64,000 nt of DNA from a candidate division FCPU426 bacterium (lineage in GTDB: Bacteria > Oederibacteriota > Muellerivitia > Muellerivitales > Muellerivitaceae): contig CAVTWJ010000021.1 of the NCBI GenBank assembly GCA_963738405.1, forward strand, positions 1-64,000, read 5' to 3'. The position numbers were made by a program, and so were the translations under genes. The notes beneath the pieces were generated by a model. It was not told the DNA's origin, made no database searches, and worked only from the letters and a program-made list of their open reading frames with translations. This document shows, one piece after another, positions 48,815 through 57,891 of this stretch. Positions within the stretch are counted from its first letter, which is position 1, and each line of letters begins with the position of its first letter.

Positions 48815-49611
48815 TTTCAAAAGCTTTTCTTTTTCCCTTTTTCTTTTTTGGATTAATTCTTCTTGTTCTTCCCTCTTGTGCGCATGTTCCAACACCCAAT
48901 TCCAATGGACTTGGGGCCATGTCCCAAACCCCCGCGCCTCCAAACGATAAAAACGCCCAAACTTCCAAACTTTTTCCTCTTCTTCACTATCCCTACCAAG
49001 AGGAAGCGCCAAATCCGATTGAAATAAGCGAGACCTCCCTCCTTGCCTCGGAAAAGGATTGGAGTCGCGACCTGCAAACCCAGCCTGACCGCCTGGACTT
49101 GATCCTTTCCCTCGCCAAGGCGGATCAGGCCCTGGGTTGGTTTGAAACCCAGTACGCTCTTTTAGCCCAGACCCTCCAAAAGATTGACCAGAAAGAGGCG
49201 AATTTTCAGTGGAGTCCTGGCCAGGAACTGCCCGATTCCCCCGCCCATCTTCTTTCCACCGCCCTTTTGGAATCGGAGGCTTTCTACTTCAATCAAGGCC
49301 CGGATCAAACCGAAAAGGCTTCCCGCTTGGCGCGGCTGGCCATGACCTACAACGAGCAGGACCCCTACGCCTATAACGCCTTGGCCGTCTGCCATCAAAT
49401 CCAGGGCAATTCCCAGCACACCTTGAAATACCTTTTGATCGCCTTGAGCCGGGACCCTCAAAACTGCATGGTTCTGGGAAATATCGGCAGGCTTCTCTCG
49501 AGCTTGGGAAAGAAAAAGGAGGCGAGGATCTATTTCAAGCGGGTGATTTCATTGAACAGAGAGCCGGATGAGACAAAGGAAGTGAAGGCCTACTTGAGAA
49601 TTAAGCCTTAG
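48811..49611 (+). CDS. TPR-containing putative lipoprotein
   Basis: Lipobox LPSC; C-terminal TPR-like helices. Confidence 0.65.
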   Translation: MISKAFLFPFFFFGLILLVLPSCAHVPTPNSNGLGAMSQTPAPPNDKNAQTSKLFPLLHYPYQEEAPNPIEISETSLLASEKDWSRDLQTQPDRLDLILSLAKADQALGWFETQYALLAQTLQKIDQKEANFQWSPGQELPDSPAHLLSTALLESEAFYFNQGPDQTEKASRLARLAMTYNEQDPYAYNALAVCHQIQGNSQHTLKYLLIALSRDPQNCMVLGNIGRLLSSLGKKKEARIYFKRVISLNREPDETKEVKAYLRIKP

Positions 49612-50224
49612 GTCCCTGCGCACGGGCCCGTTCCTCATTGATATAGCGGGTGGCCTCGGAAAAGCCGTAGACCGGGGCATCGGTCAGGGCCTTTAAATCG
49701 TTGGTCTTGCCGATCTTTTCGTAATATTCCATCATCCCGGCCAGAACCAGCATGAGAAAGAAGAGGGAAGGTTCCCCAAGGGTCTTAATGAGGTATTGCA
49801 GAAAGAAAATGACCGTCACCGGGTAGGTGTGGCCCTCGTCGCCCAGGGGCAGAACCAATTCGGCCAGCCGGCCGTCCTGTTCCTGGATCAGTTTAAGCGT
49901 AACCGCCCTCTCAACTTTTTCAGGCGCCGTCTCCAGAAGCGTTTGATCCTTCCCCAAGATCACCGGCCGAAACAGGCCCTTGGGGTTGACCGTATCGGCC
50001 ATGGCCTGCTGGAGATAGCCGAACAACAGAGAAACCTGCTTGTTCTCACCCAGCAAAAAGAGAAGCCGGGCCGTCGCTAGGCTGAAAAGCTGAATCTCGT
50101 CCCGCTCCCGGGAGATCCCGTCCACTTCTTCGGACTGATATTCCACAAAAGCCTTAAAGGGCGCCTCGAAAACCACCTTGGCGGTGCCGATGTTTTTTTT
50201 GATTTCTTCCACTGGGGCGGTCAC
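49601..50224 (-). CDS. Hypothetical protein
   Basis: 207-aa ORF directly downstream of moeB. Confidence 0.65.
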   Translation of the reverse strand: MTAPVEEIKKNIGTAKVVFEAPFKAFVEYQSEEVDGISRERDEIQLFSLATARLLFLLGENKQVSLLFGYLQQAMADTVNPKGLFRPVILGKDQTLLETAPEKVERAVTLKLIQEQDGRLAELVLPLGDEGHTYPVTVIFFLQYLIKTLGEPSLFFLMLVLAGMMEYYEKIGKTNDLKALTDAPVYGFSEATRYINEERARAQGPKA

Positions 50225-50245
50225 TCAATCCGGTCCTTGAATGAT

Positions 50246-51406
50246 TTAGTACTTAGGAACCGACGAATCCACCTGATCGCTCCAGCCCAGGATGCCGCCC
50301 GCCACGTTGACCAGGTTGGAAAAGCCCTGCTGCTTTAAAAAGTTGATGGCTTTCATGCTCCGCACCCCGCTCTTGCAATGCACCACGATTTCCTTGTCCT
50401 TCACCTTGTCCAGTTCATGGAATCGGTTAGGCAGTTGGGATAGAGGCAACAAGGTGGAACCCTTGATGTTGGCGATCTCGTACTCGTTGGGCTCGCGCAC
50501 GTCCAACAACAGAAAATCTTGTTTCTCGTCCATCTTGACCTTCAGTTCCAGCGGTGTGATTTCATCCTTATTCATCACCTTGACCTCCTGGGTCTGGGTG
50601 TCTTCCACCCTCATGCCGCAAAATTGCTCGTAATCGATCAGCTCGTGAATGGTCGGGTTCGTTCCGCAGATAGGGCAGGCCGGGTCCTTGTGAAGTTTTA
50701 AGGTGCGAAACTGCATGTCGAGCGAGTTGTAGATCACGAACTTGCCGATGGCGGGCTTGCCGATGCCCGTGATGAGCTTGATGGCCTCGGTGGCCTGGAT
50801 GGCCCCGATGGTGCCCACCATGGCGCCCATGACCCCGCCCTCGGCGCAGGAAGGCACCTCGCCCGGGGGAGGCGGTTCGGGGTAAAGGCAGCGGTAGCAG
50901 GGCCCCTCGGGGGTCTTGAAGACCGTCATCTGCCCGTCGAAGCGGAAGATGGAGCCGTAAATGTTGGCCTTACCCTGAAGCACCGCCGCGTCGTTGGTCA
51001 GGTAGCGGGTCGGGAAATTGTCCGTCCCGTCAATGATCAGATCGTAATCTTTCAAGATGCCCATGATGTTGTCGCTCTTCAGGGCCACGGCGTAGGTATT
51101 CACCTTCACGTCCGGGTTCAGGGCCTTAAGCCGCTTGGCGGCCACTTCCACCTTGGGTTTTCCCACATCTTCGGTGGTAAAAAGCACCTGGCGTTGCAGG
51201 TTGCTGGCGTCCACCGTGTCGAAATCCACAATACCGATGGTGCCCACACCCGCCGCGGCAAGATAAAGGGAAATGGGGCATCCTAACCCGCCCGCGCCTA
51301 CCACCAGCACCTTGGCTTCCAAAAGTTTCTTTTGACCCGTTACCCCCACCTCGGGCAGGAGGATATGGCGCGTATAGCGTTTGATTTGGTCTTGGCTGAG
51401 ATTCAT
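50246..51406 (-). CDS. moeB: MoeB/ThiF adenylyltransferase-rhodanese fusion (MoeZ/MoeBR)
   Basis: GAGGLG, SNLQRQ, CYRC, PSCAEGGV, CPIC, rhodanese CKSGVRS. Confidence 0.92.
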   Translation of the reverse strand: MNLSQDQIKRYTRHILLPEVGVTGQKKLLEAKVLVVGAGGLGCPISLYLAAAGVGTIGIVDFDTVDASNLQRQVLFTTEDVGKPKVEVAAKRLKALNPDVKVNTYAVALKSDNIMGILKDYDLIIDGTDNFPTRYLTNDAAVLQGKANIYGSIFRFDGQMTVFKTPEGPCYRCLYPEPPPPGEVPSCAEGGVMGAMVGTIGAIQATEAIKLITGIGKPAIGKFVIYNSLDMQFRTLKLHKDPACPICGTNPTIHELIDYEQFCGMRVEDTQTQEVKVMNKDEITPLELKVKMDEKQDFLLLDVREPNEYEIANIKGSTLLPLSQLPNRFHELDKVKDKEIVVHCKSGVRSMKAINFLKQQGFSNLVNVAGGILGWSDQVDSSVPKY

Positions 51407-51507
51407 GGGTTTCTCCCCGGTGATTTAGGTGAGGCTTAGGCGGCAACAGGAAAAGCATGATAGGGGCGCAAGAAGGGGCAAATCAACCAATGATCGAATC
51501 CCCGCCT

Positions 51508-51960
51508 TTACGACCCCGACTTTTCCAAATAGCTTTTCAGCATTTCCAAGGTTTGGGTGGTCCTGCGCTTATGGGAAGCAAGCCCGAACCCCAGGCCAAA
51601 ATAGATCTTTTCCCCCAGTCCCTTTGGCTCCACTTTCATCCAATAAAAGGAGACTCGGCATCCCTTTTCAAGGGGGGTGATTTCAATCGCGGCCCTTCCC
51701 ATTAAATTACCTATGTAATCCATGAATATTCGTCGGGGAGGTTCCAACCCGGCGATCCGGTAGTTGAACTTCGCCGGAGGAAATGTTCCTTCAACCTCGA
51801 AATGGATTTCCTGGCCGACGAAGGCCTTCGACTCCCCCTCCCATTTCATTTTTAAACCCAACCGCCAGCAGGACCGTACTTCCCAATCGATCAGGGCCCG
51901 GTAAATTTTTTCAGGTGAACTTTCAATGTCGATTTCTTCCCGGCTTTGGTAATAAGTCAA
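51508..51960 (-). CDS. SRPBCC/START-like protein
   Basis: IDIESSPEKIYRALID...W; GGAG RBS before TTG at 51960. Confidence 0.65.
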   Translation of the reverse strand: MTYYQSREEIDIESSPEKIYRALIDWEVRSCWRLGLKMKWEGESKAFVGQEIHFEVEGTFPPAKFNYRIAGLEPPRRIFMDYIGNLMGRAAIEITPLEKGCRVSFYWMKVEPKGLGEKIYFGLGFGLASHKRRTTQTLEMLKSYLEKSGS

Positions 51961-51993
51961 ACTTCGCTCCTGCCCCTGAAGGTTTCTAAACAA

Positions 51994-52093
51994 TTTTCAC
52001 CACCAAGACACGAAGACACCAAGAAAAGCTCTTATTTCCAAGGTCCAAATCCCTATTCTTGCCTAACTTGGTGCCTTGGTGCCTTGGTGGTAG
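51994..52093. repeat. CACCAAG inverted-repeat element
   Basis: TTTTCACCACCAAGACACGAAGACACCAAG ... CTTGGTGCCTTGGTGCCTTGGTGGTA. Confidence 0.78.
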
Positions 52094-52163
52094 AAAAAGT
52101 TTTACTTGTTGTTCCAAGTCAAACTATTGAATTTGGCAAGTCACATTGTTATTTTAACTGAAA

Positions 52164-52817
52164 ATGAATATCACCTTAAAAGAAGTCCAAGAAAAAGCAA
52201 CTTCCTCCCCCCAGGAAATCCGGGAACTAATCTGCGAGCTTTGCCGCAATTTCTACCAATTAGGCTGGGCTTCCGGCACCGGCGGCGGCATTTCGGTGCG
52301 CGAGGGCGACAAGATTTACATGGCCCCTAGCTCTGTCCAAAAAGAACGTTTAATACCTCAGGATATTTTTGTTCTCGACCTGGAAGGCCAGGTGGTACAG
52401 GAACCTGGCGGTGACCTGAAGCTTTCCCAATGCGCCCCCCTTTTCATGCACGCCTACAAACAGCGCAACGCCGGGGCGGTACTTCACAGCCATTCCCTCA
52501 ACGCCGTCATGGCCACCGAGCTTTTCGACAAACAGTTCAGCGTCCACAACCTGGAAATGCAAAAGGGAGTGGAAGGCTACGGGGCCTTTGACACCGTGGA
52601 AGTGCCGATTATTGACAATACCGCTTACGAATGCGACCTGGCCGATTCCTTGGGCGAGGCTATCCGCAACAACCCCAGGTCCCACGCCATTCTGGTTCGC
52701 AACCACGGGGTCTATGTCTGGGGGAAGGACTGGAAACAGGCCAAGACCCATGCCGAATGCTACGACTACCTCTTCGCCGCCTCTGCCCGCAGAAAACAAC
52801 TGGGGATCGCCCTATAA
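52164..52817 (+). CDS. mtnB: Methylthioribulose-1-phosphate dehydratase
   Basis: GWASGTGGGIS, APSSVQKER, HSHS, NHGVYVWG, ECYDYLF. Confidence 0.92.
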   Translation: MNITLKEVQEKATSSPQEIRELICELCRNFYQLGWASGTGGGISVREGDKIYMAPSSVQKERLIPQDIFVLDLEGQVVQEPGGDLKLSQCAPLFMHAYKQRNAGAVLHSHSLNAVMATELFDKQFSVHNLEMQKGVEGYGAFDTVEVPIIDNTAYECDLADSLGEAIRNNPRSHAILVRNHGVYVWGKDWKQAKTHAECYDYLFAASARRKQLGIAL

Positions 52818-52899
52818 TCCTTTAACATCGGAGGTTTGGAGGGCCGCCAAATCTTTACCAACCATTTAAAATATCAATCAGTTAGTAAGGGGAGGAATC

Positions 52900-53367
52900 A
52901 TGAAAGCCATTTGGATCGATACGAATAAAGAAATTACCGCCGAGGAGCTCAACGCCCAGGGCGTGACTTACGAGCAGTTCGAAACCGACGAAACCAAATA
53001 CAAGGGGCCTCTGGAGGCCCTCATGAAAGAACGCGGCTATGTCACCATGGACCAGGTGAAGATGTGGCCCGAGATGCCCAACTTCGACGCCCTCTGCCAA
53101 AAGTTCGTGGGCGAGCACCTGCACACCGACGACGAAGTCCGCTTCCTTTTGGGCGGCTCGGGAGTCTTTGAAATCCGAAGCCTCGACGACCGCTGGATGA
53201 AGGTCACGGTCGAACCCAGCGACTTCATATTGGTTCCCGCCAACCGTTTCCACCGCTTTTATCTGACCGAAGAAAAGAACATCCATTGCGTCCGGCTCTT
53301 CAAGGACCAATCGGGCTGGACCCCCCTCTACCGCAAGGACTTGGAAGCGGCGGGCGCCACCACATAA
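52900..53367 (+). CDS. mtnD: Acireductone dioxygenase
   Basis: EHLHTDDEVR..GSG.F..VPA..HRF. Confidence 0.92.
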   Translation: MKAIWIDTNKEITAEELNAQGVTYEQFETDETKYKGPLEALMKERGYVTMDQVKMWPEMPNFDALCQKFVGEHLHTDDEVRFLLGGSGVFEIRSLDDRWMKVTVEPSDFILVPANRFHRFYLTEEKNIHCVRLFKDQSGWTPLYRKDLEAAGATT

Positions 53368-53386
53368 GGTTGTCTTCGGTTCAACG

Positions 53387-53417
53387 AAGGGGCGGGATCA
53401 TTCCCGCCCCTTTTTTT
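53387..53417 (+). terminator. Intrinsic terminator
   Basis: AAGGGGCGGGA..TCCCGCCCCTTTTTTT. Confidence 0.82.
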
Positions 53418-53490
53418 GTGTCCCTAATCCCTACTCCAATTGAAGTGGCTATAATGACCGGGCTTTCACCAACTTCTCTTTCGGGGTGCT

Positions 53491-54030
53491 ATGCCGGAGT
53501 TTATTTTAACGCCTGAAAAAAAAACGCTTCCTCAAGCCCCTTCCCTTCTGGATCAAATCCATAAATTGGGATTTCCGGTCGAAATCAATGTGAAGGGAAA
53601 GCCGGAAAACTGGGAATCCCTTCGTTTTTATGAACCCGGTCCCCCAGAAATTGAATGCCATGTGATTTACGATGCCGAGGAAGGCCGGTACGTCCTTCAG
53701 GTATCTTCCGACTCCCCGACCGAGGCCTATGACCTTCAACTTTCTCTCGTGGAAATTCTTCTTAAAAACCTTGGCGGCCAGGTGGATAACCGCTTCACCC
53801 GCGAGAGATTTTCCGCCGCCGAATTCATCAAAAAAATGGCTCATCACCGGGGCTCCCTAAGCGCTCACTGGGATATCCTCTGGCTGGTCTTTTCCTGGGC
53901 GGTCGTCTTTTTCGGAATTTTTCTTTGTTTCTCAGTCCACCCCGGCATGCAGGGGGCCGTGGTTTCCATCGTGGTATTGGCACTGATAAGCGCCGCAGGT
54001 TTAACCTACACCCGATTTAAAAGCAAATGA
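53491..54030 (+). CDS. Hypothetical protein with two C-terminal TM helices
   Basis: ATGA-coupled to queG. Confidence 0.65.
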   Translation: MPEFILTPEKKTLPQAPSLLDQIHKLGFPVEINVKGKPENWESLRFYEPGPPEIECHVIYDAEEGRYVLQVSSDSPTEAYDLQLSLVEILLKNLGGQVDNRFTRERFSAAEFIKKMAHHRGSLSAHWDILWLVFSWAVVFFGIFLCFSVHPGMQGAVVSIVVLALISAAGLTYTRFKSK

Positions 54031-54941
54031 CCCCGGCGGAAACCACCCGCCTTTTGAAACAGAAAGCCACCGAACTTGGGTTCGAGCTTTCCGGCGCGGC
54101 CCCCGCCCTTCCCTCCCCTAATTTTGCCTATTACCTGGATTGGCTCGCCAAGGGCTACGCGGGTGAAATGGGCTATCTGGAACGCCGAAAGGCCGAACGC
54201 GGCGATCCCCAATTGGTTCTCCCAGGCGCCAAATCGTTTTTTTGTGTGGGCCTTAGCTACAACCCCCAACCTGAACATTACCCCCTGTTAGAGAAACATC
54301 CCATTTCCTGTTACGCCTGGGGACAGGATTACCACAAGGTTTTGGGTGAAAAGTTAAAAGCTCTGAGGGATTACCTTTGCGAAACCCTCTGCCCCGGCGC
54401 CCAGGCCAAGTGGTATGTGGATACCGGACCAGTTTTGGAGCGTAGCTTCGCCGCCCAGGCGGGCTTGGGTTGGATCGGCAAGAACACCCTGCTCTTAAAC
54501 CGCAAGTTCGGGTCTCTTTTGTTTTTGGGAGAAATCCTAACGGATGTTGAACTGACCTATGACGAACCCGTCGATAACCTTTGCAAAACCTGCACTTCCT
54601 GCCTGGATGCCTGCCCGGTTGGTGCTTTGGAAGAGGCTGGTGTCTTAAACGCAAACAAATGCATCAGCTACCTCACCCTCGAACATCGTTCGGATTTTAA
54701 AGGTCATGTGGACCTGCACGGCTATCTGGCCGGTTGTGACCTCTGCCAAACCGTTTGCCCCTACAACGCCAATGCCCCGGCGGGACGAGAGGAAGCCTTT
54801 GCTCCCCGGCCTGAAATTCTGGAGTTAACGAAGGAGAAAGCCTCTCAAATGGTCGAAGAGGATTTTAAGAAATTCATTGAGAAGAGTGCGTTGGAAAGAA
54901 TTAAATATCCAATGTGGAAAAGAAATACGAATTCAGGATAG
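54027..54941 (+). CDS. queG: tRNA epoxyqueuosine(34) reductase
   Basis: YAWGQDYH, VDTGPVLER, GLGWIGKN, CKTCTSCLDACP, CISYLTLE, GCDLCQTVCP. Confidence 0.95.
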   Translation: MTPAETTRLLKQKATELGFELSGAAPALPSPNFAYYLDWLAKGYAGEMGYLERRKAERGDPQLVLPGAKSFFCVGLSYNPQPEHYPLLEKHPISCYAWGQDYHKVLGEKLKALRDYLCETLCPGAQAKWYVDTGPVLERSFAAQAGLGWIGKNTLLLNRKFGSLLFLGEILTDVELTYDEPVDNLCKTCTSCLDACPVGALEEAGVLNANKCISYLTLEHRSDFKGHVDLHGYLAGCDLCQTVCPYNANAPAGREEAFAPRPEILELTKEKASQMVEEDFKKFIEKSALERIKYPMWKRNTNSG

Positions 54942-55024
54942 AACGCCAAAGATTGTCCTATCTGGATCCCCATAGTGGACAATCCCAAATTAAATTTAAG
55001 CAGTTTATGAGGTTGGTTTCCTTT

Positions 55025-55552
55025 TCAGCCCGCAACCTCTTTCAAGAGTGCCAAAATCTTGCCTTCGCCATCTCGGTTCGAAACCCTGTCGAATACAAAC
55101 ATAAAAACTGTAAAGAGAGTCAGTATCAACTCGAAAATTGAATATGGAACCCACTCAATCGTTTGGTGACTCAACCCTGGCAATTGAAGAAAGCTTTTTG
55201 CCAATACAAACAGAAAAAGTCCTAACGCAATAAAAGCTAGTAACCAAATGGGGAAAGCGGGTCCAGGCAAACATCCATAAATGCGGCTTCCTTTACCCCG
55301 GTTTTCGATCTTACCCCGAATGGTTATTTTCCCTGCCCCACGAGAGAAAAGTGAAGAAAGTGGGGTAAAAGATATTTTGAAACTTCCGTTTTCCACATTC
55401 CCAACGAGTTTCTCGTAATAGGGCAGTAAATGGAACGTCGGCTCTTTGATGATTCGACTCGACAATTCATGCTCGATTTTTTCTGGAGAATCGGAACTGT
55501 TTATTTCAAAGGGCCGCCATAAAAATATTTTGATTCGTGTCAAAAAAGGCAT
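55025..55552 (-). CDS. AT-rich hypothetical membrane protein
   Basis: GAGG RBS; two TM helices; lower GC than the flanks. Confidence 0.6.
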   Translation of the reverse strand: MPFLTRIKIFLWRPFEINSSDSPEKIEHELSSRIIKEPTFHLLPYYEKLVGNVENGSFKISFTPLSSLFSRGAGKITIRGKIENRGKGSRIYGCLPGPAFPIWLLAFIALGLFLFVLAKSFLQLPGLSHQTIEWVPYSIFELILTLFTVFMFVFDRVSNRDGEGKILALLKEVAG

Positions 55553-55620
55553 ATCAACACCTCAATGAGCATTTAATTTTCTTGTCCAAACCGGGGACCC
55601 GTCGGGGACAATTAATTCTA

Positions 55621-56406
55621 TTACTCTGGCATATCAATCTTAGGAATACTGCTTTCCGGCACATGATGCATGCCGTGGGCACCAGCTTTGCGAATGGTTT
55701 CAAAAAAAAGCCCGAAATCTTCTTTCAGTTTTGAAATATCCAACCCCAAATAGGTTTCAGGAAGCTGATTCCATTTATCCAAAGCCTTCTCATACATCCC
55801 CATGGCGCCGGGCCAGTTGCCGTTCTTGTAGTGGTGAACGCCCACGGCGACTTGAATAATTGCTTGATAGTGCAACTTATCCAAACCCTCCACCTTCATC
55901 CAAATATCCTCAATCATTTCATGGCATTCGAAATAGAACCCACCGTTGAATAGGCGTATTCCCTCCAGGTATTCATGAAGGTATTTAGAATTCTCATCGG
56001 CTTCCCAATCCTTTTTCATGACTTCCTCAATCAGGGTCTGGTCCGCCTCGGGGAAGTTGTATTTGGAAAGATCATCGGGCTTCACCCAGGCAAAATCGGC
56101 CACCTCGATCTTCTGGGGAACCCCGCTTTTGATTCCGCAAAGGAAGATGTTCAGGCGCACCGCGCGGTTGGGATACTGGTAATTGACGATCTTGTAGAAC
56201 TTGCGGATGAAAACTTCAATGCCCAGTTCTTCCTTCAGTTCCCGCACCACGCATTGTTCCAGCGATTCGTTGGGTTCTTTCTTGCCGCCGGGCAGTTCCC
56301 AGAAGCCCCCGAAAGAATCCTCGGGGCGTCTTTGGGTGATGAGATAAAGCCCATTCTCATAGATTAGGGCCGCGCCGACTTCGAGGGGGGATTGAGGGAA
56401 ATTCAT
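55621..56406 (-). CDS. MutT/NudG-like Nudix hydrolase fused to DUF309
   Basis: WELPGGKKEPNES..RELKEELG Nudix box; C-terminal LFNGGFYFECHEMIEDIW..IQVAVG.HH..GN. Confidence 0.85.
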   Translation of the reverse strand: MNFPQSPLEVGAALIYENGLYLITQRRPEDSFGGFWELPGGKKEPNESLEQCVVRELKEELGIEVFIRKFYKIVNYQYPNRAVRLNIFLCGIKSGVPQKIEVADFAWVKPDDLSKYNFPEADQTLIEEVMKKDWEADENSKYLHEYLEGIRLFNGGFYFECHEMIEDIWMKVEGLDKLHYQAIIQVAVGVHHYKNGNWPGAMGMYEKALDKWNQLPETYLGLDISKLKEDFGLFFETIRKAGAHGMHHVPESSIPKIDMPE

Positions 56407-56460
56407 AGGGGAAATGTACCTGAAAATCGCTAATGAACCAACAAAGGAAACATCTAAATA

Positions 56461-56549
56461 TTCACCACCAAGGCACCAAGAACGGGATTAGATTATTTTA
56501 AAACCCCTATAAGGTTTATTTTGGTTTTACTTGGCGCCTTGGGGGTAAA
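56461..56549. repeat. CACCAAG inverted-repeat element overlapping the 3' end of the GIY-YIG gene
   Basis: TTCACCACCAAGGCACCAAG ... CTTGGCGCCTTGGGGGTAA. Confidence 0.7.
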
Positions 56550-56902
56550 GATTGCTTTTTCTTTCTGGCTCGCCTTTTCCTCTTCTTCGGTTTTTGGGTT
56601 TTCTGAAAGGGCATTTTGCCTTTTGTATCCGGCGGAGGAAGAGTTTCCCCGCCGATCAGGCGGATCTTTCGGGCCTTGGGGACCTTTTTAACCTGGTATT
56701 CACGCCGAAGGGCCGTGGAATAGTCACCCTGGGGTTCCTGGAAGATCAGCCGAACCGGCCCATGGGCGGCGGTATATTTGCTTCCCTTGCCCGAATTATG
56801 GGTCTCGATGCGCTTTTCAACGTCCTTGGCGATGCCGGTGTAATAGGTGCCATCGGCGCATTCGGCGATGTAAAGGCTCCACTCTTCCTTGGGGTTCTTC
56901 AC
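56516..56902 (-). CDS. GIY-YIG nuclease-superfamily protein (UPF0213)
   Basis: YIAECADGTYYTG..R...HNSGKGSKYT..A.RRE..K. Confidence 0.9.
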   Translation of the reverse strand: MKNPKEEWSLYIAECADGTYYTGIAKDVEKRIETHNSGKGSKYTAAHGPVRLIFQEPQGDYSTALRREYQVKKVPKARKIRLIGGETLPPPDTKGKMPFQKTQKPKKRKRRARKKKQSLPPRRQVKPK

Positions 56903-56909
56903 CGGCCCC

Positions 56910-57743
56910 TCAGTTCACAAACACGATCTCGCCGACCGGGGGAATGAGCTTCATCTTTTCGCCCTCACCCAGGAAAAGCTTCACGGCCTTCTTACCCTCT
57001 TCCCCCATATCCACTGTGCGATCATTGACCCACATGCCGACGAACTTGTCTGCCACTTCCCGCGAAAGGCCCCGGCCGAAACCGAGGGCGTAATCCAGCG
57101 CTTCGTCACGGTGCGCCAGGGAATATTCGATCGATTGCTTGAGGTGCCTGGAAACCTTAGCCTTCACATCGGGGGCCAAGTCCTTGCGGATGGCATTTAA
57201 GCCCATGGGAAGCACCATGCCGGTCTTTTGAAACCACCATTCGCCCAGTTCTAATATTTTGTGCAGGCCCTTTTCGTGGTAGGTCAGCTGGCCCTCGTGG
57301 ATCAGCAATCCCGCCTCCACCGTTCCCTTCACCACCTCATCCATGATGTGATCAAAATCCACGACCACTTCCACGAAATCGGGCAGGCAAAGCCTCAGGG
57401 CCAAGTAAGCGCTGGTCAATTTTCCAGGCACCGCGATTTTCCGGCCCTTGAGCTGGTCGATGGTCATGGCTTCGGTGGCCACCACCATGGGGCCGTAGTT
57501 GCGGCCGATGGAACCACCGTGGGTCAAGACATCGTACTTGTCCTTCACATAGGCGTAAGCGTGGGCCGAAATGGCCGTGACTTCCATGCGCCCTTCCCGG
57601 GCCCAGTCGTTGAGGGTCTGGATGTCTTTCAAAACATGTTCATATTCGATGCCCTCGGTGTCCAGCTTGCCCTTGGCGAGGCCATAAAACATGAAGGCGT
57701 CGTCGGCGTCGGGGCTGTGGGCGAGGCGGATGCGGGTGGTCAT
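56910..57743 (-). CDS. mqnD: 1,4-dihydroxy-6-naphthoate synthase (futalosine pathway, MqnD/MqnA family)
   Basis: AHSPDADDAFMFY, DIQTLN, PG.LTSA, LIHEGQLTY, LP.G. Confidence 0.85.
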   Translation of the reverse strand: MTTRIRLAHSPDADDAFMFYGLAKGKLDTEGIEYEHVLKDIQTLNDWAREGRMEVTAISAHAYAYVKDKYDVLTHGGSIGRNYGPMVVATEAMTIDQLKGRKIAVPGKLTSAYLALRLCLPDFVEVVVDFDHIMDEVVKGTVEAGLLIHEGQLTYHEKGLHKILELGEWWFQKTGMVLPMGLNAIRKDLAPDVKAKVSRHLKQSIEYSLAHRDEALDYALGFGRGLSREVADKFVGMWVNDRTVDMGEEGKKAVKLFLGEGEKMKLIPPVGEIVFVN

Positions 57744-57838
57744 GAAAATCCCTTTCAAATGATTCGGAATGGCTTGTTTATTTTTCATCTTCCCGGCAGG
57801 GAGCGGTTTTTTCAACCGGAATCATGGGAGGGGGACAT

Positions 57839-57872
57839 AAAAAAAGGCTCCGGGTCCCTGGTCCCGGAGCCT
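57839..57872 (-). terminator. Intrinsic terminator
   Basis: AGGCTCCGGG..CCCGGAGCCT with a T-run on the minus strand. Confidence 0.78.
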
Positions 57873-57891
57873 ATACGAAGACGAGAAAAGG

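Noticed and set aside
23466..56549. CACCAAG repeats as a CRISPR array
   Set aside because: They are inverted and dispersed, with no regular repeat-spacer pattern and no cas genes
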